IMG/VR virus record: IMGVR_UViG_2698536518_000010
Length of the DNA stretch: 20,335 nt
Reading direction: 5' to 3' (one strand)
Source of the DNA: a virus
Lineage: Duplodnaviria > Heunggongvirae > Uroviricota > Caudoviricetes
Shown here piece after piece: positions 1-7,407 of the stretch. The notes under the pieces were generated by a model. It did not search any database, had not been told where the DNA came from, and saw only the letters and a program-made list of their open reading frames with translations. Within the stretch, counting starts at the first letter, position 1. The number at the start of each line of letters is the position of its first letter. The translations under genes and the position numbers were made by a program.

Positions 1-1731
1 TTAGCCTGAGATATATTCATCCGCTGCGTTCTTGATTATTTTTGACCTAACATTTTTAATGTACGGTATTTTTTTCAGATCATCCCTCGAACAGTGAACG
101 ATATCACCCACTTTAGGATAGGTTTCTTTTATTCGGTCGCATATTGCGTTACTAATTGACAAGCAACTAACCGGATCATCAAGAAGTTGTCCTACAATTG
201 ACCTTGTTGGTACAGGTGTCCCACACTTAGGACAAAACTTCGCATCTCCAGGTAACTCAGCGGAACAAGTTTGACACTCATCAGCTGATTCTTTCAATTT
301 TTCTAAAAAACGCTCTAATTCAGAATCTGCTGCGCCAAATTCTTTATAATCAGCGAGAGATAATAGTGTTATTATCTCCCCGAACTTATTAGATACGAAT
401 GCTTTTTCAGTGAAAAGTAATGATAAATTAACCATGTAGCGCTGACCCGATTTTCGATTAGACATCTTCACGGACCCTTGCTTGGAAAGAACACCAGAAT
501 AACAAAGCAAATCTAGAGACAATCTAAGATTTGGAGAAATAACGGGAGGAAGAACAAAAAAAGCAGATTGGGTTTGAGTCTTTTTCTCTCTGTTATTTTT
601 CAATCTAAGCTCAGGGATAATACACTCCCTAAGAATATCAAGTCCAATGCGAACATGGTGAGAATACTTAGGTAATCGTTTTGAAAGCCCTAAATGATAA
701 GGTAATAATTCTTGATTGACATAATCCTGAGTGCAAGTTAAAAGATCTCTTTCAGTATAACCTTTCTCATATACTTTATTAAATAAATGGAGAAATGCTC
801 TAGGGTTTCCGGATGAAAGATGAATACATTGATCTAGCAAATCACCTTTAGCCAATATTCTCTTTTTTGCTGCTCCTTGTGTGACCCGTTTATCTAATAG
901 ATCACGATATAAACGTCGTGTTCGTTCCCGCCCAATATTTCCAGTTTCGTATCCTCCGAGGTTTATCATCATGGCATCTTGACCAACTTCAAAATTTTTA
1001 CCATACGATGTAATTGACGGATATACAGCCGCCTTAACTGCAATTTTACCGCCATGAAGCAATTTAAATATTTCGAAGAATATTTCCTGCTGTTCTGGTA
1101 TAAAGGTATGAGCAGCCTCATCAAATAAAAAAACAATTCTATTAAGTTGGTATTCTTGAATTATCTCCTTGATGATGTCATTTACATAACTTATATCATT
1201 AACCTTATCTAAAAAATCCTCTCCAATTTCATTCAACAATTTATCTGAAGAAGGATCTCTTGATAACCTTTGAAGCAGATGAATTTTAGATTGTAGAGCA
1301 TCTTTCATTCCAGTTATAGTTTTAATCCCAAAAATTCTTTGAAATGGATCACTGCTATTATTGTCACGAATGACATCTAAAAATATCAACTTTTCGTACA
1401 AAGCTTGTAGTAACTTAGCGCTTACCCATATCTGAAATGCATTTTTATTGTCAGCTTTAACCCCTTCCAGCAAAGTACTGGTTTTGAAATTAACATATAC
1501 CCCCACAATCTTTTTAACAGGAAAATCACTATCTAATTCAGCTTCTGCCGCTCTTAGAAGCATAGACTTTCCAATTCCTCTGGCACCCTGAATCAGATGA
1601 GAGCCCGCTATTTTTAGTTTTGCTACAACATCTTTTTCAAACTCACCAAGAACAGCCAGTTGTTTGACCTGTTTCAACTCAAGATCTTCGGTACGTGCTG
1701 CATGTAATAACTCAGTGTCTAACATAGACAT
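1..1731 (-). CDS. P-loop NTPase (AAA_16/STAND-like motifs) with C-terminal zinc ribbon and basic tail; downstream gene of a candidate defence cassette
   Basis: 576-aa ORF. Walker A GARGIGKS (codons at about 1564-1587), Walker B-like VFLFDEAAH, CxxC-x10-CxxC ribbon CQTCSAELPGDAKFCPKCG (about 220-276). TAA stop at 1-3. Start ATG overlaps the upstream stop (TAATG, 1729-1733). AT-rich codon usage. Family is by motif only. Confidence 0.75.
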   Translation of the reverse strand: MSMLDTELLHAARTEDLELKQVKQLAVLGEFEKDVVAKLKIAGSHLIQGARGIGKSMLLRAAEAELDSDFPVKKIVGVYVNFKTSTLLEGVKADNKNAFQIWVSAKLLQALYEKLIFLDVIRDNNSSDPFQRIFGIKTITGMKDALQSKIHLLQRLSRDPSSDKLLNEIGEDFLDKVNDISYVNDIIKEIIQEYQLNRIVFLFDEAAHTFIPEQQEIFFEIFKLLHGGKIAVKAAVYPSITSYGKNFEVGQDAMMINLGGYETGNIGRERTRRLYRDLLDKRVTQGAAKKRILAKGDLLDQCIHLSSGNPRAFLHLFNKVYEKGYTERDLLTCTQDYVNQELLPYHLGLSKRLPKYSHHVRIGLDILRECIIPELRLKNNREKKTQTQSAFFVLPPVISPNLRLSLDLLCYSGVLSKQGSVKMSNRKSGQRYMVNLSLLFTEKAFVSNKFGEIITLLSLADYKEFGAADSELERFLEKLKESADECQTCSAELPGDAKFCPKCGTPVPTRSIVGQLLDDPVSCLSISNAICDRIKETYPKVGDIVHCSRDDLKKIPYIKNVRSKIIKNAADEYISG

Positions 1732-2420
1732 TATAAAACTACCTCACTAGATTTAGGAAATGAAGATAGCACTTCTTTTCTTATCTTATGACGAACAATA
1801 TTGGAATTAATTATCATACCCAAAACAACCTCAGCCAGACCTATGAACCTCTCCCAATCTTCACTTTCAAAAGTGAACTTATTAGGCAAATCAGTTTCAA
1901 ATGAGGTTATTTTTCCATGAACGATATCACTTAATTGTCCATAAATTTTCTGTGCTCTTCTCATATCAATAACACATACTTTCCCTCCTATCTTCTCATT
2001 TTCTGTGAAGTAGTCTATATAGCCTTGATTTGTTATATGCTTCAACATATCACTGAAACTTAAGTCTTCATCATGATTTTTCCAAGAATATACAACATGA
2101 GGCATATCCCAAAGATAAATAGATGCGACACCTAGTTCCAAAACTCTCCTTAGAACAATATTAGCTGGTTTATCTATGGCACAGGCAGAAAGATATAAAG
2201 AAGATGACGTATCAGCAATAATCTCACTAAAAATTTTAATACAAACATCATGATGAACTGATGTTTTCTTTTTATTCAAAATTTCAGCAATCGTGTTAAG
2301 AGTGAAAATTGAGATAATTACTTTATCTAATTTTTTATCTTGTATGCCCTGCCATTCACGAAAGTTACTATTGAACTTATCGCTTAGCATATTAATTATC
2401 TCAGTAGGTGATTTGTTCAT
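1731..2420 (-). CDS. Hypothetical 229-aa protein, upstream partner of the NTPase (possible effector); no recognisable motif
   Basis: 229-aa ORF with stop overlapping the NTPase start by 1 nt (translational coupling). AT-rich. Preceded by AT-rich intergenic region 2421-2520 with AAGGGA upstream of the ATG. Confidence 0.65.
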   Translation of the reverse strand: MNKSPTEIINMLSDKFNSNFREWQGIQDKKLDKVIISIFTLNTIAEILNKKKTSVHHDVCIKIFSEIIADTSSSLYLSACAIDKPANIVLRRVLELGVASIYLWDMPHVVYSWKNHDEDLSFSDMLKHITNQGYIDYFTENEKIGGKVCVIDMRRAQKIYGQLSDIVHGKITSFETDLPNKFTFESEDWERFIGLAEVVLGMIINSNIVRHKIRKEVLSSFPKSSEVVL

Positions 2421-2807
2421 TTATTATGCATATCCCTTGTTTTTATCTGTCAATCAACAAGATAATAAGTATAATTTTATAATACAAGAAAATAAAAAGC
2501 CTTATTGATGTGTTTTATTGCTACTAAAGCGCGCAATGCTCTCCCCAGCAGGCCTGCCCGCTACACAGAGCAGTTTTCATGCAAGTGCATGATAAAAGCC
2601 TATCAGAATCGGCAGTTTTCAACATAAACGCCCACTAGCTACAGAGTGCAATTTTTCGTCATCGGCAATATCAACAACTAAACGCATAAATCAGACAAAC
2701 TGCTACCCGGCTCAATTTTGAGCCGTCTTTTAATCAACGGGTTATCGCCGCAGCATGTCCGGTTTCTTCCACTCGTAAGGCACGGCGTTCTCTCTATGCT
2801 GGTGGCG

Positions 2808-3002
2808 TCAACGGGCTGCCAGTATCGCCGCCGATCGGATGCGGATATGCAGCAAATCTCCTTCATTCGGAGCATGATCTTCTAGCTGCATTGCAGCAGC
2901 TACCACGTCCGCATAATCGGCAAATCTGGCTTTCTTTGGCAATTCGCTAATTCCAGCCACGCTGCGCACTATATCCAGCAAATCGGCTTCGGTGATGGTC
3001 AT
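2808..3002 (-). CDS. Hypothetical small protein (64 aa)
   Basis: ORF with AAGGTG Shine-Dalgarno 6 nt upstream of ATG at 3002. No recognisable domain. Overlapped out of frame by ORF 2678-2875, so it may be a remnant. Confidence 0.4.
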   Translation of the reverse strand: MTITEADLLDIVRSVAGISELPKKARFADYADVVAAAMQLEDHAPNEGDLLHIRIRSAAILAAR

Positions 3003-3033
3003 GGTTTACACCTTAGGAAATCTTAATATCGCA

Positions 3034-3241
3034 GGTTGACACACTTGACACTTTTTCGCGAAAAACCCTGGCATTTCTAAGCATGACAACTTGACACTTT
3101 TCGCGGTTTTCACGGGTTTCTGGCGTGGTAAATATGGCTCAAGGCCAGTAATGGCAGGGTTTACAGCGAGGTTGACACTTTTTCGTGTTCAGAGTGTAAA
3201 GTGCCAACCTGGCAAGCTGCTCAACTTGACACTTTTTGCGG
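3034..3241. repeat. Array of direct repeats with core TTGACACTTTT(T)CGCG (copies at 3034-3060 as a doublet, 3090-3106, 3170-3187, 3225-3241)
   Basis: Read directly: GGTTGACACA-CTTGACACTTTTTCGCG, CTTGACACTTTTCGCGG, GGTTGACACTTTTTCGTG, CTTGACACTTTTTGCGG in the intergenic space between the 3245-3787 and 2808-3002 genes. Confidence 0.7.
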
Positions 3242-3244
3242 CCG

Positions 3245-3769
3245 TTAATGACCTGTTTTTTCCCATGCAGCCAGGGCGTTTAGTCCGGCTTCGCTCCAGT
3301 TATCCAGCTCGTCAGGACAAGCATCAGCCACATAACAGACCTCACGTCGCAGCGTACCAATCACCAGTTCGGCATTCTGCCTGAGATCATATTGCTCGAA
3401 ATAAAACTCAGCATCGCCGTCATCCATCCAAATCCCGCCATCATCAAGAAATTGCACTTCCCAGTCTAATTCCCCGGCTGCATCCAGCACACGTTGCTGT
3501 ATGTCGTCGTCCGTTACTGGCGCAGGGATTTTACCGTCTCTGGCCTTAACTGCTTTCCAGAACTCGCCCCACGTCATTTCCAGCGTTCTTTCTGGCCACA
3601 TTTCAGAAACGGTGTCTTTCCCCTGTGCCGGTGGGCTGTTCCGCTGCTCTGTCGCCTCCACATCAATTTTTTTGCCAGACATGATCACTTCGCCTTTCTC
3701 GATCCAGTCGTAAACTGTCTGGCGGCTTACGCCTTTGTATTTGGCGTATTCGGCTTTACTCATCAACAT
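3245..3769 (-). CDS. HTH (excisionase/MerR-like HTH_17-type) DNA-binding protein with acidic C-terminal region
   Basis: ORF track gives 3245-3787. GAGGTGA Shine-Dalgarno precedes the internal ATG at 3769 (MLMSKAEYAKYKGVSRQTVYDWIEKGE). The VSRQTVYDWI motif resembles the AlpA/Xis-type HTH. Confidence 0.55.
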   Translation of the reverse strand: MLMSKAEYAKYKGVSRQTVYDWIEKGEVIMSGKKIDVEATEQRNSPPAQGKDTVSEMWPERTLEMTWGEFWKAVKARDGKIPAPVTDDDIQQRVLDAAGELDWEVQFLDDGGIWMDDGDAEFYFEQYDLRQNAELVIGTLRREVCYVADACPDELDNWSEAGLNALAAWEKTGH

Positions 3770-3868
3770 GTAACTCACCTCATGCATATACGATAAAAAA
3801 TAATTTCATGCGAAAAGGGAATGCGTTGTGGGTATGGAGGAAAGGGGCAATAACCGCCCCTTACTGAT

Positions 3869-4141
3869 TCAGTTGCGCCAGGATGGCTGGCTAAGCGTGG
3901 TTTTCATTACATCATTGACGACCTGCTTTACGATTTCTGTGTTGGCAGTCGTGCTTTCAACATCAACAAAGCCATAATCGCCAATTTCCACCGTCAGGGA
4001 TTCCAGTTTCTTCCCCAGTGCATCAGGCAACTCTCCACTGAACCGGTGCCGAAGATTTTCCACCAGCAAAGCCCTGAATGCCTCGCTGTTCTCTTTTTTC
4101 TGCCATAGCTGGCGTTTATCCACACTGATATTTAATTTCAC
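3869..4141 (-). CDS. Hypothetical protein (90 aa), GTG start
   Basis: ORF with GTG start overlapping the TGA of the upstream small frame (GTGA at 4138-4141). No recognisable domain. Confidence 0.45.
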   Translation of the reverse strand: MKLNISVDKRQLWQKKENSEAFRALLVENLRHRFSGELPDALGKKLESLTVEIGDYGFVDVESTTANTEIVKQVVNDVMKTTLSQPSWRN

Positions 4142-4305
4142 AGCCTCACCTCTTTAAGTGCCTTATCCATCAGTTGCCGGGCAATAACATGAATCGACGG
4201 TGCCACACCAAGCACAGATTTCTGACGCTTTTCGGCCTGGATACGTTACAGGGCTTCGATCTGCCCCCGGGAAAGTAAAACTGGCTTTACTCCGTGATTT
4301 TTCAT
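4138..4305 (-). pseudogene. Small frame (55 codons) interrupted by an in-frame TAA at codon 20 (plus-strand tta at 4246-4248)
   Basis: ATG at 4305-4303. Translation MKNHGVKPVLLSRGQIEAL-stop-RIQAEKRQKSVLGVAPSIHVIARQLMDKALKEVRL, then TGA overlapping the GTG of the 90-aa gene. Confidence 0.3.
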
Positions 4306-4544
4306 GATGATCCCTTCTGAATGACAATAATTGCAATAAATGAAACAAAAAGCATCAATAAACCAACCTTCGGCACTAAATGCTCTGATTTTTCTGCAAA
4401 GGTATGGTAGATGTTGCTGCATGCAAACATAAAGGAAATAGCAGAAGAAACAGCGGGGAGTGAAAAGGGGAAGTTTTTATAAATACACGATTGTCGCCTC
4501 ACTGCAGGTTAACAGCCACAAACCCCATGATAATAACTTGTTAA

Positions 4545-4868
4545 TTATTTCATCAGATTTTTCATTATTTGCGCGATTGAGTACACAAGCAAAAACTCGG
4601 CAGCCGCAAGAGTATAAAAAACATAGATTCGCTTAGCCCACCGACGATGAAAGAACTCCTCAGCATGACCGAATGTTCGAGATACAAGCCATGCACCTAC
4701 TGCACACAGAGCAGGTGCAATGAGCACAGTTATAAACCAGATTGTGATACCCATCCCATGCCTACTGATAATAGCCATTGGTATTGCAAAAATGAATGTT
4801 AGAGCAGCATTAGCTAATAGAATATCTTTTAAAGTATTTTCAATTAGTTTTTCTAGATTATCTTTCAT
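4545..4868 (-). CDS. Small hydrophobic membrane protein (107 aa, 2-3 predicted TM helices)
   Basis: ORF with hydrophobic stretches (LLANAALTFIFAIPMAII, ITIWFITVLIAPALCAVGAWLV). A G7 tract (4874-4880, minus strand) acts as Shine-Dalgarno 5 nt upstream of the ATG. Confidence 0.55.
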   Translation of the reverse strand: MKDNLEKLIENTLKDILLANAALTFIFAIPMAIISRHGMGITIWFITVLIAPALCAVGAWLVSRTFGHAEEFFHRRWAKRIYVFYTLAAAEFLLVYSIAQIMKNLMK

Positions 4869-4887
4869 CTAATCCCCCCCGTTGAAC

Positions 4888-4920
4888 ATTAATATATAAA
4901 AGCCCCTTACTAAGGGGCTT
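4888..4920 (-). terminator. Rho-independent terminator after the lipoprotein gene
   Basis: 8-bp stem AGCCCCTT/AAGGGGCT (4901-4908 and 4913-4920) with 4-nt loop, followed on the minus strand by a U/A-rich tract (TTATATATT). Confidence 0.5.
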
Positions 4921-4932
4921 TGCACGGATTGT

Positions 4933-6075
4933 TTAAAGGGAACTTTTTTTCGCCCCTTCAATTTCTGCCTGACAAATTTCGTCATTTGTAAATGAGTACT
5001 GCAGATAGACATATCCCTGAGTGGAATTGTTCGCTCTGGCCTCAATAGAGATAGTATCGATATTGTTTTTTAATGGTATTTCTTTTGTTCCCTTCCATGT
5101 GGCAGATAAGAAGCGTTCTTTTTTGTTTAGCCCCCTCATCCAGTCCTGAGGATCTTTCCAAATTGAACCAGCCAGCAAAAAGTCTGTAGTATCAGCCTTT
5201 CCATACAGAGAACTTAAAGAATTACTCAATTCTTCAAACTTGGATTTAAGAGCCAATCCATAGCTATCAGTATCAATATTTTTTCCTAAAGCCCGTATTT
5301 GACATAAACCAGCTTTCGGGGAGATCAGCAAACCATACATTTCAAAATCTGCGTTTTGCTTCGGTAATTTATCAGAAGTATACAGATTCACACTGTCTGG
5401 TAGTGGCTTGAGCTTAGCACCGATCATATCTTCGATGTTTTTCTGTGTAAGACCGGCTTCTAAGCCAAACGGACCATCCGCTGGCGGGAGTAAAGGAAGT
5501 TGCTCTTGGGAATTTTTGGCTGTTACTTCCGTTTCAGTACTGTTTTTTGCGTCATTAGCTTGTACTGATGCCAGCTTAACTTCAGCGAGGCCATACTTGG
5601 CTGTGAGGTACTTTTGCTGCAACATTGCCATGGTCTGCTCTTCAGTGGCAACAGTAGATAATTTTAGTACCTTTATCAGACCACCACTATACTGACGAGC
5701 ATCAGCTTTGGCTTCGTTGATTTTTGCATCTAAGCTGTCAATTTCAGTTTTAATTGAAGCCGCAAGCTCAGGATCAGGTTTTACTCCAGATACAACAACA
5801 TCAATTTTGGCACCTGATTCAATAGCATTAATACGCTGTTCCAAAAGCGCTTTATTAGTTCCTAATATTTCCAGTCTTGCTGTTGTCAGATTTTTTATCA
5901 ACCCACCAGAAAACTGCTGGTCAACTTCCTTAGCTGCTGATATTTCACCTTCCGTTTGCGACAGTTCAGCTTTAAGAGCCGCTACTTCCTGTTTCTGTTC
6001 TGGAGTTAACTCTTCTGGCCCACATCCGGTTAACATTACTATACCGACTAATGTTGCAATTAAAGTTTTATTCAT
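4933..6075 (-). CDS. Lipoprotein (380 aa) with internal repeat motif, function unknown
   Basis: N-terminal signal peptide with lipobox LTGC (MNKTLIATLVGIVMLTGC). Two copies of an xSGGLIKxL-containing segment. Coiled-coil-like composition. Confidence 0.8.
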   Translation of the reverse strand: MNKTLIATLVGIVMLTGCGPEELTPEQKQEVAALKAELSQTEGEISAAKEVDQQFSGGLIKNLTTARLEILGTNKALLEQRINAIESGAKIDVVVSGVKPDPELAASIKTEIDSLDAKINEAKADARQYSGGLIKVLKLSTVATEEQTMAMLQQKYLTAKYGLAEVKLASVQANDAKNSTETEVTAKNSQEQLPLLPPADGPFGLEAGLTQKNIEDMIGAKLKPLPDSVNLYTSDKLPKQNADFEMYGLLISPKAGLCQIRALGKNIDTDSYGLALKSKFEELSNSLSSLYGKADTTDFLLAGSIWKDPQDWMRGLNKKERFLSATWKGTKEIPLKNNIDTISIEARANNSTQGYVYLQYSFTNDEICQAEIEGAKKSSL

Positions 6076-6209
6076 ATCCCTATTCCAAATGAAAATATTC
6101 AGATTAATCTTATCAGGAACCCAGATGCAATTGAATATTCATCTGCTCAGCAACGTAGTAGATTTCCTCAGAAAGCATCAACAAAAAACCAAGAGAATCC
6201 CATCCTCTG

Positions 6210-6497
6210 TTACTGACTACAATTGTTCTTTTTTTGGTATTTCCTGAATGCCTCACCATTGGGCTGATGTAATCCCATCCCGGCATGTGCCCGGCTGATG
6301 GTTTCGCGCATCTCCCCGAAATTATCCTGCCTTGCTGGTGGGCATGCTGCCTTGTGGATACATTCCGCGCGACGTTTTGCCGCCTGTTCCCGTGCCTTGT
6401 CATCATTCGCCAGCATGATGACCTCAGCCCACCGCGCCGCCGCTCTCCGGTACAGACCACGCGCTTCCAGTGCTTCCGCTTTGCTGTCGTGAATCAT
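6210..6497 (-). CDS. PerC-family-like transcriptional regulator (95 aa)
   Basis: Motif KAEALEARGLYRRAAARWAEV resembles the conserved PerC/Pch core as I recall it. 4-nt overlap with the upstream ProQ-like gene. Confidence 0.5.
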   Translation of the reverse strand: MIHDSKAEALEARGLYRRAAARWAEVIMLANDDKAREQAAKRRAECIHKAACPPARQDNFGEMRETISRAHAGMGLHQPNGEAFRKYQKKNNCSQ

Positions 6498-7036
6498 GCG
6501 CCTATTGTCTCCTTTGCTGCCCGGCGCTGGCGTTTGCGCTTCTCATTCAGCGCCACCAGCCGCGTTTCTGCGTCCTGTTGTTCCTGTGGTGTCACCTCGC
6601 CGCACGGCTGGCCTTTCAGGTCGTAGCGTACCCCACCAGCCATTAAGGCGCGGTAATAGCGCGGACACTGCGCATAAGATGCCAGCGTCGCACGCAATGC
6701 CCCTGGCCCGAATGCCAGCCCCCTGACGGCGAGATCCTGCATCAGGTCGTCGAATATCCCCACCTTAAGCGGCTTCAGTGCTTCCCGGCTGAATAAGTCA
6801 GGCCACAACTCAGTGAGGCGGTTAACGCGCCTGCGGTTTTTGCGCTGGCGTTTGGTCATATGCCGCCACGGTGTCGCCCCTGTAGGCTTCTGCTGCGCTT
6901 TCTGGTTACCGGGCATCACTTTATGCGCCGATGTGGTTTTATCCTGCTCCTGTGCCGCCTGCGTCGTTTTCTGTGGCGTGCCGTAAATACCTTTTGGTTT
7001 TCTGTTAATGGTCAGCTTAGTCATGCTTTGCCCCAT
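6494..7036 (-). CDS. ProQ/FinO-domain RNA-binding protein
   Basis: Segment LTELWPDLFSREALKPLKVGIFDDLMQDL...YYRALMAGGVRYDLKGQPCGEVTPQEQQDAETRL aligns by eye with the E. coli ProQ N-terminal FinO-like domain (LAERFPHCF...PLKIGIFQDL...RVDLDGNPCGEL). Likely true start is ATG at 7024 (GGGG upstream). Confidence 0.8.
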   Translation of the reverse strand: MGQSMTKLTINRKPKGIYGTPQKTTQAAQEQDKTTSAHKVMPGNQKAQQKPTGATPWRHMTKRQRKNRRRVNRLTELWPDLFSREALKPLKVGIFDDLMQDLAVRGLAFGPGALRATLASYAQCPRYYRALMAGGVRYDLKGQPCGEVTPQEQQDAETRLVALNEKRKRQRRAAKETIGA

Positions 7037-7045
7037 CGTTACAAC

Positions 7046-7380
7046 TGTCTACCAACTGTCTACCGATATAATTGATTGATTTATTTAATGTTATTAACAC
7101 ATAACAAAAAAACAATCTGCAAACTGTCTACCAACGGTCTACCGCATTAATACATTGATAATTAATGATTTTTACTAAATGGTAGACAGTGTAGACAGTT
7201 AAAAGAGAAATTTAAAAAATACCCCCTTAACTATCTGTTTTTTATATACCCCCCGTGGTTTAGGAATATAGAAATAACTGTCTACCTCTCTACCACATTG
7301 AAAATATCTTTATAATTCAAAATATTAATTGGTAGATGGTTGGTAGAGGGTTAAGTGAATCTGTCTACCAACCGTCTACC
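7046..7380. repeat. Iteron-type origin-like region: at least 8 direct copies of (T/G/C)GTCTACC and 4 inverted copies (GGTAGA) separated by AT-rich spacers
   Basis: Direct octamers at 7046-7053, 7057-7064, 7125-7132, 7136-7143, 7279-7286, 7287-7294, 7362-7369, 7373-7380. Inverted copies at 7181-7188, 7190-7197, 7331-7336, 7342-7347. Lies immediately 3' of the primase/helicase gene. Confidence 0.75.
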
Positions 7381-7407
7381 TTTACGTTTCAGCTTATAAA
7401 TTTCGTA

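Noticed and set aside
2678-2875. ORF 2678-2875 (-), 65 aa
   Set aside because: Overlaps the better-supported 2808-3002 gene out of frame and has a Cys/Arg-rich, non-protein-like translation.
3034-3241. Five tandem sigma-70 promoters implied by the repeated TTGACA
   Set aside because: No acceptable -10 hexamer lies at 16-18 bp spacing from most copies, so the repeats are better read as protein-binding sites than as promoters.
5408-6247. Plus-strand ORFs 5408-5695 and 5708-6247 inside the lipoprotein gene
   Set aside because: Antisense to a well-supported lipoprotein gene, Ser/Ala-rich low-complexity translations, no ribosome-binding sites.
6113-6626. Overlapping ORFs 6113-6460 (-), 6285-6626 (+), 6298-6492 (+), 6496-6726 (+)
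   Set aside because: Alternative frames over the PerC-like and ProQ-like genes with Arg/Ser/Cys-rich translations typical of out-of-frame GC-rich coding DNA.
7046-7380. Possible CRISPR array suggested by many short repeats
   Set aside because: Repeat units are only 8-11 bp, occur in both orientations with irregular AT-rich spacing and lie next to a primase/helicase, which fits iterons rather than CRISPR repeats. No cas genes are present.
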